From Eledone cirrhosa (lineage: Eukaryota): 64,000 nucleotides of DNA. The translations under genes and the position numbers were made by a program. The stretch is taken from the NCBI GenBank assembly GCA_964016885.1, contig OZ024743.1, forward strand, positions 154,380,001 to 154,444,000, written 5' to 3'. Positions 1-13,969 of the stretch are shown here, in pieces (positions within the stretch are counted from its first letter, which is position 1; each line of letters opens with the position of its first letter). The notes below the pieces were generated by a model. That model searched no databases. It saw only the letters and a program-made list of their open reading frames with translations, and was not told the origin of the DNA.

Positions 1-16
1 CTGATCTATATTATAT

Positions 17-72
17 TTTATCTGATGAAAGCACGCCATAATTTAACTTGGTGTCCTTGAAATATGTATAAT
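17..72 (+). ncRNA. Hammerhead ribozyme motif (type I) in ~120-bp repeat, copy 1
   Basis: CTGATGA at 22-28; helix II aagcacgcca/tggtgtcctt (imperfect); GAAA at 59-62; tatGTA triplet ending 68; helix I tta/taa with one extra U before the core. Confidence 0.6.
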
Positions 73-119
73 GAAATAAATATGGTTTTATAAATATAGT
101 TTCCATTTGTTAATATATC

Positions 120-268
<149 letters not shown>

Positions 269-272
269 TATA

Positions 273-304
<32 letters not shown>

Positions 305-466
305 AATATATATATATATATTTATTCATTTATTCATTTATTTATTTACAGTATTAACAATTGTTTCATTAATCAGATGGTTCTAAAATCCGGTGATCTT
401 TTTTCTTGTGTCAAACAACGCCGGATGTTAAAACTAGGGAAAGATAATTTGCTTCGAAATCACTAG

Positions 467-558
467 GCGTATCTGAGGAACTTGCGAATCCAGAGTCAGG
501 TTCGATCCACAAACAAATTGCACCTGACCTGTTCACCGGAGAAATAATTGTAATACGT
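467..558 (+). ncRNA. Hammerhead ribozyme motif with long helix II
   Basis: Helix I gcgtat/atacgt; core CTGAGGA at 473-479; ~60-nt helix II region with gtcaggt/acctgac; GAAA-taatt-GTA at 541-552; AATAAA follows. Base of helix II is degenerate. Confidence 0.65.
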
Positions 559-678
559 AATAAATTGTGTTCCGATGCATGACTGATTCTTCATTTTCCA
601 CTGTAACATACTCGACTCCGAAGGAGCATAGAGTGCTCAACCGCCATACTGCCTATGGATACATCCTAGCAACGATAC

Positions 679-744
<66 letters not shown>

Positions 745-807
745 CATATTTATAAAAATTATAAAAAATAAACAAAGAAGCCTTCAATACATCACAAGTC
801 TTTATTA

Positions 808-848
808 GCTGACAATGTTTCGTCCCATTAATAAGGACTCATCAGAGC
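808..848 (-). ncRNA. Minimal type I hammerhead ribozyme (pLTR of the adjacent PLE)
   Basis: Minus strand reads gct-CTGATGA-gtcc(ttattaatg)ggac-GAAAC-att-GTC-agc, then aataaa; downstream of and co-oriented with the PLE ORF. Confidence 0.85.
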
Positions 849-2332
849 AAGTAAAGAGACAAGAAGCTTTAACGGCCAGAACAAGCCACCACTCAGAAGA
901 ACAGGGAATGTATATCTATGAAAACTTAGGAAAGACATCATGGAAAGACATGCTAAAGCTAAAAGTGTGCATTTGCACATATAGTCTATAGGGCAAGAGA
1001 GCCAGTAATATGTCAAACCCACGTTGAAAGAACAATATAAGACAAATACATGAAACACAACATGGTAATACAATATGAGAATTATATGATATAGAATACA
1101 ATATAATGGATAATAAGAAATAAAATGCTTAATATATATGTCTATATATATATCCATATATATACACATTTAAACAACACATACTAACACTTATTTAAAT
1201 ATTTAAATATAAGTATACTCGTTATAATATAATAATCATTATAATAGCATAATCAGCCTGACGGTGTGCATAAACAATATCAAAAACATTGGAATAATAT
1301 ACTGACATTAAAAAATATATAAAACTACATCATACGTATCATTTAAGGTCAACAAATTGTATATAAAATGTTTCACAGGGTAAGAAAAAATATCATATAA
1401 AAATAAAGTATGGTGAAAAGAAAATATATAACTATATATAATATTGACAATAAATGTCCAGAGGTATATGCAGTTCAAATTCATAAAATATTACAAAACA
1501 GTACCTCAATATCGGACATTTATATATAATTCAATTACATAAAAATAATATGATATATTAATGTTAATATTGCAATAGCAGACACACAGAATCAATGGAA
1601 AATGCTTAAGACATATTTACGCGATGTATACAAATAGACATATCAGGAGACAATAACAAATGACAGGAGAACAGACAGCATGTGGTAGTAAAAAAATAAA
1701 TAAAATAAAACGAAAAACGAAAACAAAAAACAAGCACAGACACGTAGGCGTTACAAGTCATTAGGTAAATATATATAATATTACTATTCTGGATCAAAGA
1801 ATTAAATTGAAAACCTTATTAAATTAATTAATACTAAAACTGTTTAAATGACATTATGGGTCCCTTCATATGGAACCAAATTTAAGTCATCAAGGTCGAA
1901 TAAAATTAAGATATTTCAATAAGAAAACTAAAAGATCTATCAAGATATATTACGATCCGTCCAGACGAATTACGTTATCAACGAACAAAATCTAAATAAA
2001 ACTATGGTAGACCAATGGGAACAGAAAGAAGTAGAACTATGGAGGGTAGGAAGGAGCATAAAAGTAAAAATTTATATATAATCAATATAAATTGACTATA
2101 TATAAATTTTATATAATATTAAATATAATATTATTTTCATCCCAACCGGGGATGAAAATAAACATAGAAACTGATAAGGCGACAATGGTGAGTAAAAATG
2201 TAAATAATGGTTAAGATGATAGATAGGGTAAGATAGCTAAAAAGCCTATGAAAACTGAAATCGAAAAACCGTAGAAAACCAATAATCGTAATAATAATGA
2301 ACTAAAACCCAAGAGATAAGGAAATACAGCAG

Positions 2333-4070
2333 CTAATGGATACGGTTTAAACTACCAGAGCTTTTAGGTCTATAATAGAAGAAGGAATTAGAAATAGCAT
2401 GCGGACAGGAAGAACAAATTTCAGATTTTCTATTAAGCAATACGTTCCTAGAGAAAATTGTAGAGTGGGTCTCTAGGATACAAAGATTACAGAATTTAGC
2501 GTGTGTTGAAAGGTGATTAGAGTGTGCTACTATACGCCAATTTAGGCTATATGGTATACCAGCCCCTTTTAAATCCCAGATATGGTGTGCTAAAGAAGTA
2601 GAGTTCTTAAATTTGATATGCTTAAAATTCGAAATATGTGAATTAAACCTAGTTTTAAAAGTATTAGATGTGGAGCCTATATATATTCTACAAGAAGAGT
2701 TACTCTTAAATTCACATGCATAAACAATATTCCTAGAGAGGCAGTGACCATTCAAAGGGCAGTTATTACTTAATCTACAGTTACACTTCCTGGTACTAGT
2801 GATTATCTGATTATGCGATGCATTATTCCTAGGGTTATTAGAAGATAGATCTGCTCGGGTGGTAAGTTGTTAATAGAGCTATCTAGATTAGTGGTACGCA
2901 AAGAGCAGTAGCTGTCACTAATTTTCCTATTATTAGTACTAGCTAGATGCGAATTAATGTTAGGGGTCTTAGAGAAGGAGAGTTTAATTACATTGTTATT
3001 AAAGATACTATGGTATTTATTAGTAGGAGGGAAATTTTTCTCTAAAATAGAAAAGAAAGATCTAGGGATATTAGTTAATACTTCATGATTATAAGGCGGT
3101 TAAAGTAAGTATTGAGCCTCCTCCTATTCTTACCTTTACTATTTCTATTTCTATCTCGTATCCTATTAATAGGATTAGGGTTAATACTAGGACCAGTTGA
3201 ATTAACACTATTAGAAGCCGTTAAAACATTACCACTGGGTGAACGTTCAGAGCGTCTATCCAGTTGACTAGAACTAATCTCAAAAAGTGTACCATTAGAC
3301 TCACTATTACGATTATTATTGTGGTAGTTATACATATGGTTCGGTTTGGATGAATCAATAACATTTCTATGATTCCTAAATTTTCTTCTCCCATTCAAGG
3401 CCATATTATGGGATTACACGTTATTATGGGTAATCGTAGACATTCCAAGGTTGTCATGTTTATAGTGTATTCTACCAGAGTAACCAGAGTTAGCTAGGGC
3501 ATTATTATAATACTCAGCATGTGAATTAAATATTCCTATATCTTTAGAGAGTGTGGAGATTCTATTAGATACACCATTAATAATAGAACTAATCATAGAT
3601 TTAGGGTGGTTGGAATTAGGATTAACGTAAGAGAGTGTCTCATTTGGCTTGTGGAAGGGTTTATAATTATTAGTGACCACGTCTAATGTCACATGTAACA
3701 AGTTAACTGCTCTATCATTCTTATCAATCGTGATCGAAAGGTTAACATTTAAAAAAAATTTATATAACTTCTTCCTATTATGTTCAATGCTATTAGTACT
3801 AGAGTTTATCACAAATAATGCATCATCATGATAAAGTCCACCTTTAAGGTGCGGAAATCTAACATAAAGTTCGTTCAATAGGTACAGCCCAACAAGATCA
3901 GTTACCTGCGCAGAATCACTCGAACCCATGGTAACGTCAAAGTTGTTGGGTGTGTTTTTACGCGTCAAAAGTGTATCCTCGAAATTGATGATAGTCCCAC
4001 GGGCGGCTAGTATAACATCAATCTGGGGTCGCGTAAGACTAGACATTTTTCGGCTCTGTTGGATTACATT
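2333..4070 (-). mobile_element. 5'-truncated, disrupted Penelope-like element (RT C-terminal half, linker, GIY-YIG endonuclease)
   Basis: FDVTMGSSDSAQVTDLVGLYLL, GLYHDDALF and YKPFHKPN..SNHP in 3414-4046; NIVYACE..YIGSTSNTFKTRFNSH..CNLC in 2333-2755; stops and frameshifts between them. Confidence 0.9.
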
Positions 4071-4152
4071 GAGCTATATCTGATACTGTCATTTCTCTAA
4101 TACGACGAGTGTGTTTAACTCTAACGCACTCACGTATTTTAATCTTATATAT

Positions 4153-4239
<87 letters not shown>

Positions 4240-4328
4240 AAAGTTCTATTTAAATTGTTGGGATGCAAGAAGCAAATATTTTTATAACTGACATAAAGCA
4301 CTCAACAAGTAATTGGAGTAAAAATACA

Positions 4329-4448
4329 ATATTAACGAATGGAAACTATATTTATAACACCATATTTATTTCATTATACATATTTCAAGGACACCAAGTT
4401 AAATTATGGTGTGCTTTCATCAGATAAAATATAATATAGAGCAGTTTT
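4329..4448 (-). repeat. HHR-bearing ~120-bp repeat, copy 2 (intact core, HHR at 4373-4428)
   Basis: Reverse complement of 1-115 and of 4608-4729; CTGATGA..acacca/tggtgt..GAAA tatGTA. Confidence 0.8.
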
Positions 4449-4607
4449 CTCTCTCTCCCTCTTTCTCTTTCTTCGTAACCCAACGGCTTATTTAAAAATA
4501 TTCAATACAAATTTACATAATAGTAAAAATAATGTTATAACCCCACTATCCGGGGGCTTCCAACAGTAATGGTTGCATTGTTTAAGGGTATGCCAATATT
4601 TATTTAT

Positions 4608-4729
4608 AAAACTGCTCTATATTATATTTTATCTCATGAAAGCACACCATAATTTAACTTGGTGTCCTTGAAATATGTATACTGAAATAAATCTGGTTTT
4701 ATAAGTATAAGTTCCATTTGTTAATATCG
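4608..4729 (+). repeat. HHR-bearing ~120-bp repeat, copy 3 (core mutated to CTCATGA)
   Basis: Near-identical to 1-115; forms an inverted pair with 4329-4448; followed by (TA)n. Confidence 0.8.
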
Positions 4730-4765
4730 TTTCAATGTATGTATATATATATATATATCTACATA

Positions 4766-4993
<228 letters not shown>

Positions 4994-6038
4994 TGTATGT
5001 GTGTGTGGGTATGTGTGTGTGTAAAACGCAAAGATAAATAACAAAGCTAACAACACTCTACAATGGAAAATATAATAGATTGACACTTGAATAGCGACAT
5101 GCGTGAAGTAAGTGGATAAACCAACAGAACAAAACAGTAGAAGGAAGCTATTCATTAGTATAACGCTTCAAATGGTAGGAAAAGTGCCGTATCATTACAA
5201 ATGTTGTTCCGTCCTCATCAGGTGTGCATATGTATTTGTATATGAATGTATGTATGTATATATATTAATTAATCATATTATTTAAGAAACATTAACCTGG
5301 CGATTCGGTGAAGAAATTAAGTTTAGAAACAAAATTGATTTGTGATATGAGACATGAAAACTAATCGATACATTCTTTGTACAAATCCACCCCTTCAGAC
5401 AATTAGCATTTGGTATTCAACGTTGGTATTCTCAGCATGTTTAAAGTACATTATATGATCAGATCGAATCCTGTGCATCTCATATGCGAAGCCACACATT
5501 CAAATACCTAATTTTACTTCTTTCTCTATTCACTTTTCGATTTGCTTCCGTCACTATTTCGTGTAGTAGCTGGCATCTGTTCATATTGTATATACTGAAT
5601 TGCCCAGCTTCCTAAACTATACTGTCGATCGTTGCATTTCGCACCATCTCACCTTTTAAATATTTTAAGTTCAATGAAAGGAAAGATTGCACTTCAAACC
5701 ATCTCGATTTTGCATAGACTTCAGATATTCTACACCGAATATCACCTTATTAATGCATATTGCAGAATAGGTACCATTCCTCACCCCACATTTCGCTGCA
5801 TAAATGTTAGACCTATTCATTGGTATATAAGGAGCACTGAATTAAAATATGATATAATGTTTGTCCTAACAGCTTTTTCTTTGATAAAAAACGCATACTC
5901 TTTTAGCTGTTGAAGTATGCCCTTATGCATATGAATTGGTGCCTTATATTTTAGACGTATGTTAGGGTATATTTGGAATACTGATTCCAAAAATGACATG
6001 TGTCTGCCGTAGCCACTCTAGAAGTATATTTTTCAAAG

Positions 6039-6159
6039 ACAACAACTAAAGCAGATATAGTTTATGTCGTTGAGACGAGAGTGCTGTTGAAGGATTCACA
6101 TTGCATAGTTTCAATGAATAGCAATGCATCTTGTACATGGTATTCGTTTGATCTAGATG
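6039..6159 (+). other. Possible host-gene internal exon (121 bp)
   Basis: tttttcaaAG acceptor, G/GTAAGC donor and open frame TTTKADIVYVVETRVLLKDSHCIVSMNSNASCTWYSFDLD; no homology recognised. Confidence 0.25.
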
Positions 6160-6499
6160 GTAAGCCCTTCCTTTGCAATCATACAAAACTGAATTAGTAA
6201 GAACATGCTAGAAGCATTAATCTAGACAATATGAGTCTTGAAATAGATTACTTGGACAGTCAATTACATCACTTTTATGAAGATGTTCATGGTTTATGTA
6301 AATACCAAATTATGAAACGAGGTACCATGGAGAGTGGAATACATATGCTATAGATTTTTAGAAAAACCACACTCAAGAGCTCCTCTAGATGAACCACTAA
6401 TGGCGGATAAGTTTTCTACCTTGCGAATTACAATTGCTATGTAAGATGGTTTCTTATTTAGTAATATCTGATTATTTTCATAGCATGTAGTATATTAAT

Positions 6500-6672
6500 A
6501 ACAATAATTGTTTCTAATGTTGACACAAGGCCAGCCATTACCCCAGTGCATTACTGATCCTTTATTTTATCTATCCCGTAAGTATGAAAGGCAAGGTTAA
6601 CCTCAGCGGGATGTAAATTCAGAGCGTAACGGTCCGTAACTCTATTCTGCAAAGAATGGTGTCCGACTCTCT
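6500..6672 (-). mobile_element. SINE-like dispersed repeat (octopus-type)
   Basis: cacaaggccagc..ccccagtgcattactg..ttattttatc..cccgtaag..gaaaggcaa motif shared with 18620-18842 (inverted), 24314-24365 and 49345-49527; (TAA)-type tail. Confidence 0.7.
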
Positions 6673-6971
6673 ATATTAATAACAATAATATTGTGTTTAA
6701 ATCTTTACCAAACTCCCATGATATTAACTAGAAGAGAATCTGAGAATCAGTGGTTCAAATATATACAATAATAAGACTAAATATTAAGGCATCAAAATAA
6801 AATTTACTATTAGAAACCCTATTTTAATTTTCCAAGTGGACACCTCTGCATATAATGATGTGATGTGAATCTTTCTGCGAATATATAGTACAGAAAAAAC
6901 GATTTCGAATCCTTCACCTAAACTACGCAAGAATGTGGAATGCCTTCGTGATAGTGACGTGGATAGTGAGT

Positions 6972-7173
6972 GGCATTAGACTGCGGGTCCTCCGAGGGCC
7001 AAATGAGTCACATATGTGTTGCCTGAGGGCCGCACATGACAACTAATTGCGCACATTACAATTAATAGTTTTTATTATATATTATACTCGCGCTATAAAA
7101 ACCGTTATGCGGGCCACAGGTATGCTTGCAATGAGCCGCAAGTAGCCCAAGTGCCACACGTTTGACATGCTTG
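6972..7173. mobile_element. hAT (Charlie-like) MITE remnant
   Basis: Repeated gcgggcc/gggccgca subterminal motifs and a terminal gtttgacatgcttg typical of hAT-Charlie ends; other end eroded. Confidence 0.55.
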
Positions 7174-7384
7174 TTCTAATGGACTTGGTTTTTACAAACA
7201 TCGACTATTCAATTACAAACATTTACGTAGATCAGTCTGTCTGTTTGTTTCTCTCTTCTCTCTCAACCCCCCTCTCTCTCTCACTCTCATTCTCTCTCTC
7301 TATATATATACTGTGACAATTATTTACTGAAAAACTGAGAAAGGTATCCTAACTGCTCATATAGGTATGCGTACAAGAAGGTCG

Positions 7385-7481
<97 letters not shown>

Positions 7482-7897
7482 GTTGGTATCCACGGGAAGT
7501 GAAATTTGTACTGAGAAAATGGTATAAACCAAATAATTATGACATCAAGAAATTTAATTTCACGCTTTGCACACCTTTTCTTTTTAGTTACCCCCTTTTG
7601 CATTATCTAAACGTTTACTTTATTTATAGCTAAATTCGAAATTACCTGCCCTTGAAGAACCCACGCGTATTTTCCAAAAACCTCAAATTACCTGCAGAGG
7701 GACTATATTTCTTATATATAACAGGCTGGATGTGTTGAGGTGCATAAATCCATGACAAGTAAGTGCATGTATATGTCACTGTTGTAACTACTTATATATA
7801 TATATATAGATAGATAGATAGATATATAGTGGTGGAACATTGGAAGGTAATATCCGTAGTGCTAGAGCACTCAGTCCAAGGGATGAGTTAGGTAGAG

Positions 7898-8035
7898 GTG
7901 GTTACACAACAGTTAGTTCACTATATCGAGAACAATTGTTTCACCTTCGCGGATCTTCATACACATCTCGAGCTGAAGATCCGGGAAGGTGAAACAATTG
8001 TTCTCGGTATGGTGAACTAACTCTTGTGTAACCAC
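7898..8035. repeat. 62-bp-arm inverted repeat whose right arm is a hammerhead motif
   Basis: Arms 7898-7959 and 7974-8035 with a 14-nt loop; + strand reads cgag-CTGAAGA-tccgggaaggt-GAAAC-aatt-GTT-ctcg (7969-8006). Confidence 0.85.
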
Positions 8036-8110
<75 letters not shown>

Positions 8111-8274
8111 CATAGTTGGGGAGGATCAAAACCAACCTAACACTGAGTGTGTTCTGTTATTATTTCTGGGAATATTATTACAACAATATAAACCCTCCCA
8201 AAGTATAAACATATTTGTTTCGACAAACGATTTCATATGAAAACCCTTGCAAAACAAATTCATCGCCTTCACGG

Positions 8275-9835
<1,561 letters not shown>

Positions 9836-9870
9836 TATATAATAACTTGTGTGTTACACCTCTATTCTTT

Positions 9871-9964
<94 letters not shown>

Positions 9965-9965
<1 letters not shown>

Positions 9966-10724
9966 CTTAGTCTTAGTCTTAGTTCCTCCAGTCCCTTGTA
10001 GAACATTGGGCGCGACGAGCTTCCTCCACTTGATCCTGTTACTGGCGGCTCTTCTAGCACCTCTCCAGATAATTCCCATCTCCCGCAGGTCCTCCCTGAA
10101 TGTGCTCTGCCATGTTTTTCGTGGTCTTCCCCGTTCTCTCCTGCCACCTTCTGGTAACCAATCCATGGCAATATGAGCAGGTCGATCTGCCGGCAAACGA
10201 AGGATGTGGCCCGCGAACCTCCGTCTCCTTTTCCGGACAATGTCCCTTAACCTCTCCAATCCTGACCTCCTCATCACTTCCTCGTTGCTAACTTGGTCTC
10301 CCCATGACATTTTCAATATGGTCCGAATGCAACGACGGTGGAATACATCAAGCTTGTAACATACACTCTCCGTACACTTCCATGTCTCACAGGCATATAT
10401 CGCTGTTGGTACTACAATAAACCTGTACACACGGAATCTGACCGCGTTGCCGACGGAACACATGGACCATACGGACAGAGTCGCTGGAAGACCGCCGCTG
10501 CTTTTCCCAGCCTTGTGCGCACATCCACCTCAGCATCCCCATCGTCAGAAATGTTGCTGCCAAGGTATTGGAACTGTTTTACACATTCAATATTACGCTG
10601 ACCAACCATGATGGGAGGATTTGGATGGTCACCTGTCGACATGGTCTTGTTTTTTCACAACTGATGCGCAGGCCAACTTTCTCTGCATTGTCATTTAGAA
10701 CGTTTGCAATATCTTGCACTGCTT
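9965..10724 (-). mobile_element. RTE-clade LINE 3' fragment
   Basis: [49 protein letters not shown]; (CTAAGA)3 tail; flanked by microsatellites. Confidence 0.9.
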
Positions 10725-10730
10725 CTCTCT

Positions 10731-10867
<137 letters not shown>

Positions 10868-11110
10868 ATATATATGTATGTATATATATATATATATGTA
10901 TGTATATATACATATTTCCTTCTTCGGTTAGCTTCCCCCTGTGTTGTTTACTTGTCTCACTCGCTTTACGCGTTTCTATTGTCCTAATAACTTATTTAAG
11001 TTATTATCGCTCCAAAGTGAGGTATATGATCGTTTGGTAAATCACTGATGAGGGACTCATTTTATAACATGTTATCCATGTGCAACCAGCAGTATTCTTC
11101 TCACCTATAT

Positions 11111-11173
<63 letters not shown>

Positions 11174-11330
11174 TATATATAGAGATGTAAAAAATGAAAC
11201 GTTTGTACGGTTGTTACTTAAATCTAAGTATGTATACGTACATGCATATATGTATATACACGTACAGTAGTATGTATATATATACATACTACTGTACGTC
11301 TGTATACATATATGTATGTGCGTATACATA

Positions 11331-11420
<90 letters not shown>

Positions 11421-11459
11421 TAGGTATACGTACATATATATAATGTGTCCCTAGATTCA

Positions 11460-11990
11460 TTAGATAAAATATATACAGTATTTCTTCTCACAATTAGCAT
11501 AAATCAACCACACACAAAAATCATTTAAACGAGGCTAGAATTTTAAAATATTCTTATGAAGGAACAATCGATAAATGATATAGCTTTTCATCCGCAACTC
11601 ACAGTTACATACATTTACCTAGTATTTCTGATAGCCTGTAGAATTTGAGTAGACATATGGGTAACCATACATAATTAGGTACAAAGTCAAATTTAGAAGA
11701 AAAAATGTACATAAACATAACAAAATCATCAAAATATCTCTACTACAGGCGGTTTCACTCACTTTTTGGCTATATCCGATCTTGGATAAATCAACGAGGT
11801 TGGAAATCATCAGGAGATAAACTCAATTGGACAAATATTCCTCTTACATGATCCCCGCCAGAAACGAATTAAAAATGGCTAAGAATCGTTACATATTAAA
11901 TGGTCAAGGCATAAACTGTGTGATCGGTGCGTGACGGCGAGTAGGCTGGTTGCCAGAAAGCGCAGCCGAATACTCCCTAAAGTCTTACTC
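11460..11990 (-). repeat. Non-coding repeat block A copy 1, with HHR at 11735-11819
   Basis: Aligns with 13140-13660 and partly with 15800-15955; minus strand reads tatctc-CTGATGA-~50 nt-GAAAC-cgcctgta-GTA-gagata. Confidence 0.75.
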
Positions 11991-12049
11991 AACCTTTCGG
12001 GAATATATAAAATGTAATGGGTATATACATAATAACTAGACAAAGCCAT

Positions 12050-12345
12050 CTGATGAATTATAAGAGCCCACTTGAATAAGTATCTGTTGATCTTATACAA
12101 GCTTCTACATAAATTGGTATAATTTCACCCAAATTGTAGAAATCTTATAGTGAAACGAGTCGTCTGGGAAGTGATATATGTGTTATATCTCATATGAAAT
12201 GATACAGCCAATGTAACACACAATACAATTAGTTAGCAGGCCGAACGTTTAATTAGGAATATACTCAGGCATTTCCTAATGTTTGTTGAGTGAGTTGGAA
12301 TTTGGCCGGCATATCGCTATTAGCTTTCTCCGATTATGTATTTAT
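12050..12345 (+). repeat. Non-coding repeat block B copy 1, with long-helix-II HHR at 12046-12168
   Basis: CTGATGA at 12050; attataaga/tcttatagt helix II base; GAAAC-gagtc-GTC-tggg; duplicated at 12745-13040. Confidence 0.8.
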
Positions 12346-12744
12346 ATATTTACTCTTGGAGCAACAGATATGAACTTTCCCGATATAAGGTATGACTCTC
12401 TTTGTTTATTTTTTATATGAATATTGATTGTTTGTTCTTGTATCTCATTCTGTTATTTTGCCCGAGAAAATAGCTATGTGTGTCATCAAGCGATGCGCAC
12501 ATATGGTTATTTTTTCATATCCAATTGATTTATAGCACGTAGCTTGAATTATTTTCAGAATTCATTGACATGCGCATGTATTGTTTTTTGGCGGTAGTCT
12601 CCTTCCTCCTATTTTCGAGACAGTGTGAGATTATCTTTAGAACTGCTGGACTAACAACCTAGCAGCCCCCTCAAGCACTGATGGTGATTATCGCTAAATA
12701 TTGATGTTGATTTGGTTATCAATATAGATATGATTGTGCACCCA

Positions 12745-13040
12745 CTGATGAATTATAAGAGCCCACTTGAATAAGTATCTCTTGATCTTATACAAGCTTC
12801 TACATAAATTGGTATAATTTCACCCAACTTGTAAAAATCTTATAATGAAACGAGTCGTCTTGGAAGTGATACATTTGATATATCTCATATGAAATGATAC
12901 AGCCAATTGTCCACACAATACAATTAGTTAGCACCCTGAACGTTTAATTAGGAATATACTCAGATATTTCCTAATGTTTGTTAAGTGGGTCGGAATTTGG
13001 CCGGAATATCGCTATTAGCTTTCTCCGATTATCTATTTAT
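12745..13040 (+). repeat. Repeat block B copy 2, with HHR at 12741-12863
   Basis: ccca-CTGATGA-attataaga..tcttataat (9/9 pairs)-GAAAC-gagtc-GTC-ttgg. Confidence 0.8.
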
Positions 13041-13139
13041 ATTTATATATATATGCTTTTGGCAACTATTGACGGTGTGGCTGAAAGACGAATTAATTAA
13101 ATAACAGAGCAATATATAAAAAATATGACCATATTATTA

Positions 13140-13660
13140 TTAGGTAAAATATATACAGTATTTCTTCTCCCAATCAGCATAAATCAACCACACAAAAAAT
13201 CATTTAAACGAGGCTAGAAGTTTAAAATATACTTATGAAGAAACAATAGATAAATGATATAGCTTGTTATCTGCGACTCACAGCTACAGAAAATTTACCT
13301 AGTATTTCTGATAACCTGTAGAAATTGACTAGACATATATTTAACCATACATAATTGTGTACAGAATCAAATTTAGAAGAAAAAAATGTAGCTAAACATA
13401 CCAAAATCATCAAAATATATCTACCATGGCGGTTTCATCACTTTTTGGATATATCCGATCTTGAATAAATCAACGAGGTTGAACATCATCGGGAGTTAAA
13501 CTCAATTGGACAAATATTTGTCTTACCTGATCCCCGCCAGAAAGGAATTCAAAATGGCTGATAATCGTCACGTAGCTAGTGGTCATGGCAGAGAGTTTGT
13601 GATTGGTGCCTGTCTGCGAGTAGGCTGGTTGCTAGAAAGCGCAGCCGAATACTGCCTAAT
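13140..13660 (-). repeat. Repeat block A copy 2, with degenerate HHR at 13416-13498
   Basis: Diverged direct copy of 11460-11990; core reads CCGATGA; GAAAC-cgccatg-GTA retained. Confidence 0.75.
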
Positions 13661-13969
13661 GGGAGTATATACACTTTAAAGGGTATATACATATAAAATA
13701 GACAAGGAGAAACTAAGAGAATTATAAATAAATAAATAAATAGATAAATAAATAAATAAATACATACACAAGCACAATAACAACAAACACATATAAACAC
13801 ACACTAGTAAAGATAGAATACATTAACCAATACACAGTCACCCAATCACGAACACACATCAAACAAAACACTATACCAACACGCAAACGCATGCGCAATG
13901 AAGACAAAATAAAATAAACAAATAAATAAATAAATAAATAAATAAATAAATATATAAACAGACTAAATA

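Noticed and set aside
5120-5225. Minus-strand CTGATGA followed by a possible 10-bp stem
   Set aside because: No GAAA..UH follows the stem
6278-6326. TGAAGA..GAAAC-gag-GTA
   Set aside because: C3 is missing and there is no helix I pairing
11041-11100. CTGATGAGGGA.. HHR-like start
   Set aside because: The GAAA half is destroyed; at best a fossil
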